A stretch of 64,000 nucleotides of DNA from Planctomycetota bacterium (GTDB taxonomy: Bacteria; Planctomycetota; PLA2; JAEUHO01): the NCBI GenBank assembly GCA_965222115.1, contig CBDCTJ010000007.1, positions 1,056,001 to 1,120,000 of the forward strand. The letters run 5' to 3'. Positions 18,751-28,365 of this stretch are shown here, piece by piece. A model generated the notes under the pieces. It saw only the letters and a list, made by a program, of their open reading frames with translations, ran no database searches and was not told the origin of the DNA. Position 1 is the first letter of the stretch. Every line of letters starts with the position of its first letter. The translations under genes and the position numbers were made by a program.

Positions 18751-19965
18751 ATGAGTTCCAACGATACCCTTGTGATTGTGTCGGGCGCGCGCACGCCCAT
18801 GGCCGAGTACAGCGGCACGCCGGGTTACGGCCTCCTGAAGAAGTTGTCTGCCATTGAACTTGGCGCGATTGCTTCCAAGGCTGCCCTTGAACGTGGGGGC
18901 ATTGCACCCGACAAGATTGACCATGTGTTCTTTGGCAACGCACTTCAGACCAGCAATGACGCGCTGTATGGCGCGCGCCACGTGGGGCTTAAGGCCGGCG
19001 TTCCCGAGACGGTGCCCGCGCTCACCGTGAATCGCATCTGCGGCAGTGGATTACAAAGCGTTGTGAGCGGCGCGCAAGAGATTCAGCTCGGCCGCGCTAC
19101 GACGACGTTGTGTGGTGGCATGGAGAGCATGTCGCAAGCGCCATTCGTGATTGCGAATGCGCGTGAAGGCCGTCGTTTGAGTCAGACCATTGAGGCCAAG
19201 GACCTGCTCTTCGAGGCATTGATGGATCCCTTCTGTGGCTTCTTCATGGCACAGACCGCAGAGAACGTGGCCAAGGACTATGAGATTGCGCGCGAAGCCC
19301 AGGACGAGTTCGCGCTTCGCAGTCACAAGCTCGGTACGGCGGCCGTGCAAAATGGCGTCTTCGATGAAGAAATCGTGCCCATCAAAGTAAAAGCTGGCCG
19401 CAAGGAGATTGACGTCACGCGCGACGATCACGTAAAGCCCGATACGAGCTTGGAAGCGCTCGCCAAATTGCGTCCTGCGTTCGGCAAGGACGGGACGGTT
19501 ACGGCCGGCAATGCATCTGGCATTGTGGATGGTGCTGCAGCGGTAGTCGTCACCACCAAAGCCAACGCCGAGAAGGAAGGTTGGAACGTCCTGGCCGAGA
19601 TCGTCGAATGGGATACCGCCGGCGTGCCACCACGCATTATGGGCATGGGTCCTGCGCCCGCGATTCGCGGTGCCGCCAAGCGCGCGGGCTTGGATTACAA
19701 GAAAGACATCGATCTCTTCGAGATCAATGAGGCGTTTGCCGCCCAGTATCTCGGCTGCGAGAAAGAGCTAGGGCTCGAACGCGACCGCGTCAACGTGTAT
19801 GGCGGCGCGATTGCCATTGGTCACCCACTCGGCGCTACGGGTACGCGTATCATCTACAGCCTTGCGCTTTCGCTGCAGCGTCGTGACGTCAAATACGGCA
19901 TGGCGTCGGCATGTATCGGCGGTGGTCAGGGTATTGCCGTCTTGTTGAAGAATCCGGCTAAGTAG
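18751..19965 (+). CDS. Acetyl-CoA C-acetyltransferase / thiolase
   Basis: TVNRICGSG (Cys), NEAFA, GHPLGATG (His), ACIGGGQG (Cys). Confidence 0.95.
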   Translation: MSSNDTLVIVSGARTPMAEYSGTPGYGLLKKLSAIELGAIASKAALERGGIAPDKIDHVFFGNALQTSNDALYGARHVGLKAGVPETVPALTVNRICGSGLQSVVSGAQEIQLGRATTTLCGGMESMSQAPFVIANAREGRRLSQTIEAKDLLFEALMDPFCGFFMAQTAENVAKDYEIAREAQDEFALRSHKLGTAAVQNGVFDEEIVPIKVKAGRKEIDVTRDDHVKPDTSLEALAKLRPAFGKDGTVTAGNASGIVDGAAAVVVTTKANAEKEGWNVLAEIVEWDTAGVPPRIMGMGPAPAIRGAAKRAGLDYKKDIDLFEINEAFAAQYLGCEKELGLERDRVNVYGGAIAIGHPLGATGTRIIYSLALSLQRRDVKYGMASACIGGGQGIAVLLKNPAK

Positions 19966-20004
19966 TCGGTCGTTGTGTAACGCGCAGAGGATTGGTCGAA
20001 TCGG

Positions 20005-22035
20005 ATGAACACTCCCCCTCCTGCTGTTGATGTGCCCTCCGGCCCCCCGCCGGAGGTCATCACACTCACGCCCGGGAAGCGGGTCCTGTATCTAACCAAG
20101 GACCCGCAACTCATTCGCGACCAGTTGAGTGGGAAGATTACGCTCACCATGGCCGACGTGGGCCCTGCCGATCTCCTTGACGAGATCAATACCGACACCA
20201 TGACGCCTGCTTGGGTGTGCTTTCGCCATCGCCCTGAGGACATTGCGCGCGACGCCTACGCGGGTTTGATCGCGGGTGGCGAGCGCGTCGTTGAAACCGA
20301 CGCGTTGGCGCGTGGTGGTTTTGAAGTCATTGTGGCTGGCATCCGCAAAGGCGTTGGCAGTTCGCGAGAGACAGCCGTCCAGGCAGAGAAGTGGTCGGGC
20401 ATTCGCATTTCCATCGCGGCGTCTTTCGCACCCATTCACGGGCGCAACCTGATCAATCAGGGTGTCCTGATGGGCGACTACGACATCTTACGTCGCTTGG
20501 AAAAGGGCGAGGGCGTGCCGTTGTCGGCGTTCACCGACGGCTACGATCCCATGACCAAAAGAATCATCGAGTGTGGTGGCCTCTTTGAGTTTGGCGCTGC
20601 GCTCAACGATGGAACCATTACCCCGCCTGCCGTGGATACGCCTAAGCGTGCGATGACCATGGCCGAAAAGATGATTGCGTCACACTTGGTGAAGGCACCG
20701 TCACCTGCCTATGTCAAGCCCGGTGACGCCGTCGTGGCCCGCGTGGACGGCGGCTACAGCCACGAGTTCACAACTGCACAAGTTCACGAGTTCTTACGTC
20801 AGCGCTTTGGCGATGACTACGTGATCCCCAACCCGGATAAGTTCGCGGTCTTTGAAGATCATCTAATCTACGCCGACGGTGTGGCGCGTATGGCGCCCTT
20901 CGCAAGTGACATCCAGACGCTGCGCGATATGCAGAAGACGTTTCAACGACACACCGGCGTGCGTGATTTCAGTGCCACCGACGGCGTGAGCCCCGGCATC
21001 TGCCATCAGGTTGCACGTGAGCAAATTATTGAACCCGGTGACTTTATCCAAGCCACCGATAGCCACACGTGCATGGGAGGTGCCAGCAATGCGCTTGCAT
21101 ATGGCGTGGGCACCACAGAATACGCGGCATTGATTCATGCCGGCTTCACGCTGGTGCAAGTGCCCGAGTCGATTCGCTTCGAACTCATCGGCACATTGCG
21201 CCCCGGCGTTGTCGCGAAAGATGTGATTTTGTACATCTTGTTGCACCACGCCAAGCCGCAGCACACGTTGAATCGCGTGATGGAGTTTGGTGGGCCAGGG
21301 TTGCGCTCCATGTCCATGGACGAGCGCGCCACGTTGGCCAATATGGCCACCGAGTGTGCGGCACGCACGGGCATCTGCGAACCGGACGACGTACTGCTCG
21401 ATTGGTTGGAAGCTCGTCGAGGCACGATCGATCGCTACGCGTTGAGAGAGCGTTTCGTGTTGCCCGATGCTGGCGCCACGTATGACGGCGGCGTACACAC
21501 CATTGATCTCAACACAATCGTTCCCATGGTCGCCACACCGGGGGATGCTGATCGCGGTGTGCCGAGTGACCCCACCAATGGCGTGGCGATTGCAGATTTG
21601 GACGCGGTGAAAATCGATATCGCCTACGGCGGATCATGCACCGCGGGCAAGCACGACGACATAGACATGTATGCGTCTGTGATGAGCGAAGCGCGTAAGG
21701 CCGGCATGCGTGTGGCGGATGGCGTGCAGTTTTTCATTCAGTTCGGGTCGGCGGCAGTTCGTGATTACGCCGAAGCCCAAGGCTACTTGGACGTGTTTCG
21801 CGAAACAGGTGTTCAAATCATTGCACCCGGTTGCGGTGCCTGCATTGGCTGTGGCCCCGGCGTCTCGGAAGACGCACAGCAGGTCACCGTGTCGGCCATC
21901 AACCGCAATTTCAAAGGACGTTCGGGTCCCGGGCAGCTCTACCTTGCGTCGCCCTACACGGTTGCGGCCTCCGCCGTGCGCGGCGAAATTACCGCCTGGA
22001 TTCCCGGTATGTGGCAATCACCCGTCACGGCCTGA
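20005..22035 (+). CDS. Aconitase-family dehydratase, LeuD-like swivel domain fused N-terminally to a LeuC-like domain
   Basis: N-terminal EINTDTM, GVGSSRETA, ASFAPIHGRNLINQG (LeuD); then GICHQ, DSHTC, DERATLANM, GSCT, PGCGACIG, NRNFKGRSG (LeuC with the three 4Fe-4S Cys). Confidence 0.9.
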   Translation: MNTPPPAVDVPSGPPPEVITLTPGKRVLYLTKDPQLIRDQLSGKITLTMADVGPADLLDEINTDTMTPAWVCFRHRPEDIARDAYAGLIAGGERVVETDALARGGFEVIVAGIRKGVGSSRETAVQAEKWSGIRISIAASFAPIHGRNLINQGVLMGDYDILRRLEKGEGVPLSAFTDGYDPMTKRIIECGGLFEFGAALNDGTITPPAVDTPKRAMTMAEKMIASHLVKAPSPAYVKPGDAVVARVDGGYSHEFTTAQVHEFLRQRFGDDYVIPNPDKFAVFEDHLIYADGVARMAPFASDIQTLRDMQKTFQRHTGVRDFSATDGVSPGICHQVAREQIIEPGDFIQATDSHTCMGGASNALAYGVGTTEYAALIHAGFTLVQVPESIRFELIGTLRPGVVAKDVILYILLHHAKPQHTLNRVMEFGGPGLRSMSMDERATLANMATECAARTGICEPDDVLLDWLEARRGTIDRYALRERFVLPDAGATYDGGVHTIDLNTIVPMVATPGDADRGVPSDPTNGVAIADLDAVKIDIAYGGSCTAGKHDDIDMYASVMSEARKAGMRVADGVQFFIQFGSAAVRDYAEAQGYLDVFRETGVQIIAPGCGACIGCGPGVSEDAQQVTVSAINRNFKGRSGPGQLYLASPYTVAASAVRGEITAWIPGMWQSPVTA

Positions 22036-22140
22036 CGCGGCCACGGTTTCAACAGAACTTTGCTCGGTCGCCCTTGTGAAGTGCGCTAGCCTCCCCGTGC
22101 GTTGTGCTCGTGATCATGAGGAGCGCGCGCAGGAGATCTC

Positions 22141-23217
22141 ATGCGACGACACGAACTGGGTGTATTGGCAGGTGACGGCATCGGTGAAGAAGTGGTGCGC
22201 GAGGGTCTTCGCGTGCTCGAAGCGGTTGCGCAGCAAGAGGGTTTTGAGACCGACCTCACGCACTACCCGTATGGCGCAGATCACTACCTGGAAACCGGCG
22301 AAGACATGCCCGAGTCGGCCGTTGCCGAGATGGCGACGAAGGAGGCGATTCTGCTTGGCGCCATCGGCGATCCGCGCATTGAAACAGGCTACCTCGAGCG
22401 CAAGATCATTTGGGGCCTGCGTCAAGGCTTTGATCTCTTTGTCAATCTGCGACCCATCAAGCTCTACAGCGAAGCGTTTTGCCCGCTCAAAAACAAAGCG
22501 CCCGACGACGTGGATCTTGTGGTGGTGCGCGAGAACACGGAAGATGCTTACGCGGGGTTGGGGGGCATCCACCGTATTGGTACGCCGCACGAAGTGGCGA
22601 TTGCTGAAATGATTTATACCCGCAACGGCGTGGAACGCGTGATTCGCTACTCGTTTGAACTCGCCAAGCAGCGCAACAAGAATGGCGCACCCCAGGTCAC
22701 ACTCGTCGATAAGAGCAACGCGATTCGCGCGCAAGACATTTGGACTCGCACGTTTGCCGAAGTGGCTGCCGAGTACCCGAATATCAAAACCGATCACGCC
22801 TACATCGACGCAGCTTGTATGTGGATGGTGAAGAACCCCGAGTGGTTTGACGTGGTGGTCACACCCAACCTATTCGGCGACATCATTACTGATCTTGGCG
22901 CAATGGTGCAGGGCGGTATGGGTGTTGCCGCCAGCGGAAACATTCATCCCGGCAAAGTGAGCGTGTTTGAACCCATCCACGGTTCGGCGCCCAAGTACCG
23001 CGGCAAGAACAAGGCCAATCCCCTGGCCACCATTGAAGCGGTTCGCATGATGCTTGAACACATTGGCGAGCACGCGGCCGCCGCCCGTGTGAGTACGGCG
23101 ATCCAGTCCTTGCTCGAGAGTGGGCGTATCAAGAGTCTTTCGGCCGGTGCACATAGCACGAGTGAGTGGGGCGACATGGTGCTCGACGCGTTGTCAGCTT
23201 CCGCAGCCGCTAGTTAG
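22141..23217 (+). CDS. leuB: 3-isopropylmalate dehydrogenase-family beta-decarboxylating dehydrogenase
   Basis: [38 protein letters not shown]. Confidence 0.85.
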   Translation: MRRHELGVLAGDGIGEEVVREGLRVLEAVAQQEGFETDLTHYPYGADHYLETGEDMPESAVAEMATKEAILLGAIGDPRIETGYLERKIIWGLRQGFDLFVNLRPIKLYSEAFCPLKNKAPDDVDLVVVRENTEDAYAGLGGIHRIGTPHEVAIAEMIYTRNGVERVIRYSFELAKQRNKNGAPQVTLVDKSNAIRAQDIWTRTFAEVAAEYPNIKTDHAYIDAACMWMVKNPEWFDVVVTPNLFGDIITDLGAMVQGGMGVAASGNIHPGKVSVFEPIHGSAPKYRGKNKANPLATIEAVRMMLEHIGEHAAAARVSTAIQSLLESGRIKSLSAGAHSTSEWGDMVLDALSASAAAS

Positions 23218-23261
23218 TTTTAGGCAGCTTCTTGACGCCATTCTCTCCTCGGTAACTCGCC

Positions 23262-24209
23262 ATGTTTGTGTTGCCCATCGGTGATGCGCCCAATTTCGCG
23301 GCGCGCCGGCCGTGGATGACATGGGCGCTCATGGCGATCCAGATCGCGGTCCATGCATGGGTGTACTCGCTCGATGCCGCCGCACAGGGCGACGTGCTTC
23401 GACGCTTTGGCCACGTGACGATGGCGCCGGAGATGCCTACTTGGGTGACGTACGCATTCGTTCATGGCGGGTGGCTACACCTCGGTCTCAACGTGATCGC
23501 GCTCTGGGTATTTGGCGACAACGTGGAGGCCCGGTTGGGGTTATGGGGATTCTTGGCAACCTATCTGGCGTGTGGTGTGTCCGGGGCACTGCTCTTCGAT
23601 GTTGCGCATTCCGGTTCCAGCATGCCGTTGGTCGGTGCATCGGGTGCCGTGTTCGGCATCATGGGCGTCTATGTTGGGCTGTTTCCTAAGAACCGCATTC
23701 GATTTCTACTTTGGTTCTTTGCCTTTGTTTTCCTGTGGGCACCGGCACGTCTTGTCATCGGAGGCTTGGTGGCGCTCGATGTTGTATTGGGGTTGCGTGA
23801 CGCAATCGTTGGTGGTGAAGCGGGCGGCGTTGCCCACGCGGCGCATGTGGGCGGATTCGTCACGGGGTGGATCTTGGCACTCGTGCTTCGCCGGATGCTG
23901 CCATCACTCTCGCCGGTGTCCAACCGCCTCTCCCAGGCACCAGGTGGTGCACGAGTCATGCTGGAGAGCGCGGTCCATTTTGAGCGACGCGGTGAACGCG
24001 CAATGGCTGAGCGCCTTTACGTCGCGGTGCTGCGCGACCACGTGGGTGCGTCGGAAGCCGCAACGGCGGCGTATCGATTGGGCGTGATGCTTGATGGTGT
24101 CGCGTCGCGCCGCGCGGAGGCCCACGGCTACCTGCGGCACGCGCGCGATATGCATCCCGAGGCCACGATTCGAGCACGTGCCGAGGAACGGCTCGTAGAT
24201 GACGGCTAA
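23262..24209 (+). CDS. Rhomboid intramembrane serine protease with TPR-like C-terminus
   Basis: FVHGGWLHLGLN, VGASG (Ser), AHVGG (His). Confidence 0.9.
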   Translation: MFVLPIGDAPNFAARRPWMTWALMAIQIAVHAWVYSLDAAAQGDVLRRFGHVTMAPEMPTWVTYAFVHGGWLHLGLNVIALWVFGDNVEARLGLWGFLATYLACGVSGALLFDVAHSGSSMPLVGASGAVFGIMGVYVGLFPKNRIRFLLWFFAFVFLWAPARLVIGGLVALDVVLGLRDAIVGGEAGGVAHAAHVGGFVTGWILALVLRRMLPSLSPVSNRLSQAPGGARVMLESAVHFERRGERAMAERLYVAVLRDHVGASEAATAAYRLGVMLDGVASRRAEAHGYLRHARDMHPEATIRARAEERLVDDG

Positions 24210-24344
24210 TTGGGAAGGGGTGCCACTGGCGGGCGTCTAAGCGGAGATCAGCGTGCCGGGGTTGATTCCTATTTGTTGGTTCTGACGCTACCCTTTACGC
24301 CGGCTTGGCGGTTCATCCGGCGAGAGCGGTCTGCGTGCTCGTTC

Positions 24345-24374
24345 ACCTTGAACTCGCATACCTTGAACTCGCAC
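24345..24374 (+). repeat. 15-bp tandem duplication upstream of the next CDS
   Basis: ACCTTGAACTCGCAT followed immediately by ACCTTGAACTCGCAC. Confidence 0.7.
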
Positions 24375-24384
24375 ACGTAGGACG

Positions 24385-26493
24385 TTGAGGACGCTTGTGA
24401 CGAAACGACTCTTGAAATGGACCAAGCGTCTGGTGTTGCTCTTGCTCGTACTTGGGCTTGCCGCATTCCTGATCTTTGGGTTCATGTTCTTCTGGCCATG
24501 GGAAGGCAAGATCGACAATGTGATGGAGTTGGTTCCGTACGACGTCGAGTTTGTCCTTCGTGGTGACTACGAAGACTTTGAGGACCTTGAGTGGCTTGAC
24601 AAGAACGTCACGGAGAATCCGCTACACCCCACGGTGAAAGCGTGGACCACGGGCAAGCGGCGCGAGTTGCCGCCCAACGTTCCCACGCTCCCCACCATTC
24701 GCGAATCCCTAGAAGATATTGAGTCGCAGATCAATCGTCAGATTCCACTCGACGCCGAGTGGGCTACGTTTGGCGTGGTCAAGGACATCTTGCGGGGCGA
24801 AACCGTTGTTGCGGGCAACTTCTGTCGTGGCGCCAAGCCCGCGGCGGGGCCGCCCAGTTGGCAAGAGATCTTGTTGCTTACGCGCGTGTCGTGGCGCTCC
24901 AAGTTTGTTTCCGGGCTCCGCTTTGGATTTGTACGCAACAATCTAGGTCCCAATCTCAAGGCCGAAGAACTCGAAGGCAATGTCTTCAAGCTTACGTTTC
25001 CAAACGTGCCCGTGCGCCCCTTGCGTGAACGGTCTACGTGTGGCGACGGATTCGTTATTCCCGAGGACAACATTTGGTACCTCTACCGGATCAAAGATGT
25101 TATTGCGCTGAGCAATAGCGAATCGCTAGTTATGAAGGTTGCTGCGCTTGGAGAAGGCTCAGCAATGGGCAGCGAGAGTTTCTTGGATCGTCCGGGCTTC
25201 TCTGTCGATGCTTCTGACACCGGTGTGCGAGCGGCCATCGATATGACGCCGCTTCATCGATACTTGATTCGCGCCACCGAGGAGTTTCCGGCTATGCGAC
25301 CGGTGCTCAATGTGTTGCGACCGAAGGGGCTGCTCAAGCTTACGGGGGGGCTCGACTTGAGCACCTACAGCGTCTTGCGCGGTGAAGCCAATCTTGAAAT
25401 CAAGCCTACCGAGATTCAGGAGGCCTACGACAGCGTCTATCGCCTGACGCCGCGACCCGTGCGCGAAGGCATTGCCGATATGGTGCCCGCCAAAGACACC
25501 TTTGCCATTGCGTTCCTACGCACCAACCCTAAGTTTTTGATGAAGACCATTTATCGCGAACTTTCGCCCGCTGATCGCCGGCTTTGGGAAGAGAACTTGC
25601 GCCGCATGGACGGCGGTTACCGCTCGCTCGACGAGTTCTTTCGTGACTTGGCCGACTACATGGGGGAAACGGCGACGGTGGCTGTAGGGCGGCTGAGTGA
25701 GGTCTTTAACAAGATCGACTACAGCGATTGGTATTCGGATGAAGTGGACCCGTTTCCGGCGGTTGCGATCCTTGCGGATGTGCGGCCCGGCATCACGCTC
25801 GATGAAGTGACCGAGTTCCTCAAAGCCAAGTTGCCGCTACTGGGTGTGGATAAGAACCTCAAAGAAGAAACCTACAAGGGCTTTACCTATGGCTGGGGTC
25901 AACTTGAGATTCAAGTCATGGATTACAAGCTCTTTGAGCCCTGCTTCATTGCCGTGCAAGGCCAAGTCATTTTGGCCAGCAATCGCAAGTACTTGCATCA
26001 AATCCTCGACACGATCAAGGGTGAAACCGAGCCCCTCAGCAAAGACGAGCGCTTTCGGACCACCATGGCTGCATTGCCCGATCGCGGGCAGATCGGCGTT
26101 TTCTTGGACTTGGAGAAGTTCACACGCATTCCCAAAGACACCAACCCCGGATCGCAGCCGCGCGGCTATCTATGGGATGAGCGCAACAACTGGGTGCGCA
26201 AGAACAAGGATCCACGTTCGGAAGCGATCGCGTTTCGCGAGCGCGAGGCGCGTGCACTGCCACGCAACCCGACGCGTGCTCAAGAAGACGATCTCGAAAA
26301 GCGCGTGGCGCAATTTGTGGAAGCGCATCAAGCGCAGTACGCCGACTTTCTCAACGAGTACCGCATCGAACTCGGTGAACTACGACGCTTCGGCGCGTTT
26401 GCGGCCGTGTTGTCCGCGTCGGGCAACGACCTGCGACTGGAGACGGTGGTGCAGTTGCGCGACGCGGAAGAATGGCTCGACTGGCAGCGATAG
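24385..26493 (+). CDS. Membrane-anchored periplasmic hypothetical protein
   Basis: N-terminal TM (LVLLLLVLGLAAFLIFGFMFF); 702-aa ORF with few competing frames. Confidence 0.8.
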   Translation: MRTLVTKRLLKWTKRLVLLLLVLGLAAFLIFGFMFFWPWEGKIDNVMELVPYDVEFVLRGDYEDFEDLEWLDKNVTENPLHPTVKAWTTGKRRELPPNVPTLPTIRESLEDIESQINRQIPLDAEWATFGVVKDILRGETVVAGNFCRGAKPAAGPPSWQEILLLTRVSWRSKFVSGLRFGFVRNNLGPNLKAEELEGNVFKLTFPNVPVRPLRERSTCGDGFVIPEDNIWYLYRIKDVIALSNSESLVMKVAALGEGSAMGSESFLDRPGFSVDASDTGVRAAIDMTPLHRYLIRATEEFPAMRPVLNVLRPKGLLKLTGGLDLSTYSVLRGEANLEIKPTEIQEAYDSVYRLTPRPVREGIADMVPAKDTFAIAFLRTNPKFLMKTIYRELSPADRRLWEENLRRMDGGYRSLDEFFRDLADYMGETATVAVGRLSEVFNKIDYSDWYSDEVDPFPAVAILADVRPGITLDEVTEFLKAKLPLLGVDKNLKEETYKGFTYGWGQLEIQVMDYKLFEPCFIAVQGQVILASNRKYLHQILDTIKGETEPLSKDERFRTTMAALPDRGQIGVFLDLEKFTRIPKDTNPGSQPRGYLWDERNNWVRKNKDPRSEAIAFREREARALPRNPTRAQEDDLEKRVAQFVEAHQAQYADFLNEYRIELGELRRFGAFAAVLSASGNDLRLETVVQLRDAEEWLDWQR

Positions 26494-26508
26494 ACGGCGC
26501 AGCGGCGC

Positions 26509-26536
26509 TTGACAGACGAAGGGGCACGGCTACCGT
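26509..26536 (+). promoter_or_regulatory. Sigma70-type promoter of the tRNA
   Basis: TTGACA at 26509-26514, 16-bp spacer, TACCGT at 26531-26536, ending 18 bp before the tRNA. Confidence 0.65.
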
Positions 26537-26554
26537 ACGCCCCACCTCATTCCT

Positions 26555-26643
26555 GCCGGGGTGGCGGAATTGGCAGACGCGCTAGACTAAGGATCTAGTG
26601 GAACGAAAGTTCCTTGAGGGTTCGAGTCCCTCTCCCGGCACCA
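26555..26643 (+). tRNA. tRNA-Leu, anticodon AAG
   Basis: GCCGGGG/TCCCGGC-type acceptor stem ending ACCA, D-loop GGAATTGGCAGAC, anticodon arm CTAGA-CTAAGGA-TCTAG (AAG at 26589-26591), long variable arm GGAAC-GAAA-GTTCC, T-arm GAGGGTTCGAGTCCCTC. Confidence 0.93.
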
Positions 26644-26679
26644 CTCGCCTCGCATGAAGAAGCGCGCGCACCATCGCCA

Positions 26680-26834
26680 TGCGCCAAGAAAACCAGGTAT
26701 TTCTGGCGCACCCGGCGGAAGCGTCGAGAGGGCGGCGCGCAGCGAATGGCTCCCTCGGGAGCGATGCGCCACAAAAGCCAGGCTTTTGTGGCGCGTGTCG
26801 GCGTGCGCCACGAATACCAGGTATTTTTGGCGCG
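26680..26834. repeat. Three 31-bp palindromic repeats centred on CCAGG
   Basis: 26680-26710 TGCGCCAAGAAAACCAGGTATTTCTGGCGCA; 26765-26795 TGCGCCACAAAAGCCAGGCTTTTGTGGCGCG; 26804-26834 TGCGCCACGAATACCAGGTATTTTTGGCGCG. Confidence 0.85.
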
Positions 26835-27027
26835 TCATGGGGATGTCATGAGTTTGTGCGCGTTGTCTGGAGAGTAGAAGGGCGCCGACCGATCCCTAGA
26901 GGCGTATAGCACGCTTGCCGCGCTTGGTTCTTCCGGTCTGTCCACAAGTCTGACTTGTACTGAGTCTGACGTGTACTGGGCGGGCGTTCCGAGCACGCGA
27001 CCCGGCAGGTGAGGGAGGTGCGAAACC

Positions 27028-28365
27028 ATGAAGTCGCGTTCACGCTGCGTTTCATTCTTTGCCTTGGCCGCCGTCCTATTGATGGGCGTGGGCTGTTCCA
27101 CTCTCGGTCTGCCCGACGATCCGCTCGGCGTATCTCGGTTGGGCGATCCCCTGGCCTTCCTCGATGGTGATGCATCGTGCAAGACCTGCTCGGTGCCCAA
27201 AGCGGGCGACTGCGAATCGTGTGGCGTACCCGGCTCGGCCCCAGTTGCCGACGCCGAACCTGCCACTGTGCCCGCCGTCGCGTCGAAGCCCAGTGACGGA
27301 TGCGCGGCAGGCTGTGCACCACCCGCGCCTGCCATCGCGCCCAACGTGGCGACCGTGCCCGTGAATTACGCTCCGGTGCCTGCGACATACGGACCTGCCC
27401 GTCCCGCCGACGCGCGTCCGGGCGAAGTCTACTGCTATGTCCAAGTGCCGCCGGAGTCCCGCGTCGTAGACGAGCGCTATTGCGTGTCGCCCGCGTCGTG
27501 CACAAAGCAATGGGTTCCCGCCGTCAAGCGAGCGGTTACCCGCAACGTCTGTGTGCGCCCCGCCTCGTGCCGCAACGTCCCGGTGCCCGCGGAGTACGAG
27601 AATCGAACCCGCCAAGTACTCGTGCGCCCTGCGTCCATGAAGTGGGTCAAGGTAGCGTGCAATCCGACCAAGATCGGTGCTGGTGAGCGTGTTGGTGCGT
27701 GTTGGACGCTTCAAGAGCAACCCGCCGAGTACCGCACGGTCAATGAACGTGTCTGTGTACGCCCCGCCACCTATCAACGTCAAGCGATTCCTGCTGAGTA
27801 CCGCACCGAGACCCGCGAAGTCGTGGTGCGCCGTGGCTACTACCGCCAAGTGCCAGTTCCTGCGCAGTATGGAACGCGGCAACGCACCGTTACTGTGCGA
27901 CCCGCTCGTTGGGAATGGCGCCGCCAGTCGGAGTGTGAGATTCCCGGTATGACGCCCGCGCCTACGGCTCCCCAACCAAATGCAGCGCCCGGACCTGGCA
28001 TGCCGATCGAAACCGCCCCCGCGGCATCGGCGAATCCCGTCGAGCCCGGTGCTGCCGCTGACATGCCGCCAACGGGGACACTTTCTCCTCTTCCGCCCAA
28101 CCACAATCCCTACTACGGCGCGCCCACTGTGCCGGCACCGCTTTACACCGATCCCGGTAGTAACGTCTTGCCGCCTCCGTCCGTTGGTTCGCCGCCGTCT
28201 GCGTTGCCCGAGATGCCCGCTGCGCCTGCCGAGCCCTTGCCGGTCACGGAACCCGCCGCGCAGCCCGAGGCGCCCATGCCCGCGCCCACGCCGCCTGGCG
28301 GCGAAGGAACGGATGCCGGTGCCGGTGATCTGCCGCCCATTGAGACGTACGACGACGACAAGTAG
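27028..28365 (+). CDS. Cys-rich lipoprotein with ~23-aa (PAEY..V...V.VRPA) repeats and a Pro-rich tail
   Basis: GGAGG RBS; lipobox MGVGC; six PA(E/Q)Y-type repeats; many Cys; P/A-rich C-terminus. Confidence 0.8.
   Translation: MKSRSRCVSFFALAAVLLMGVGCSTLGLPDDPLGVSRLGDPLAFLDGDASCKTCSVPKAGDCESCGVPGSAPVADAEPATVPAVASKPSDGCAAGCAPPAPAIAPNVATVPVNYAPVPATYGPARPADARPGEVYCYVQVPPESRVVDERYCVSPASCTKQWVPAVKRAVTRNVCVRPASCRNVPVPAEYENRTRQVLVRPASMKWVKVACNPTKIGAGERVGACWTLQEQPAEYRTVNERVCVRPATYQRQAIPAEYRTETREVVVRRGYYRQVPVPAQYGTRQRTVTVRPARWEWRRQSECEIPGMTPAPTAPQPNAAPGPGMPIETAPAASANPVEPGAAADMPPTGTLSPLPPNHNPYYGAPTVPAPLYTDPGSNVLPPPSVGSPPSALPEMPAAPAEPLPVTEPAAQPEAPMPAPTPPGGEGTDAGAGDLPPIETYDDDK

Noticed and set aside
26680-26834. 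Post-tRNA palindromes as a CRISPR array or the edge of an integrated island
   Set aside because: Spacers are irregular (54 and 8 bp), there is no integrase, and no duplicate of the tRNA 3' end was seen.
27076-28104. Long antisense ORFs (also 6023-7024, 33421-34413, 36315-37160, 55302-56132, 62861-63712)
   Set aside because: These are shadows of well-supported genes on the opposite strand, expected at high GC.
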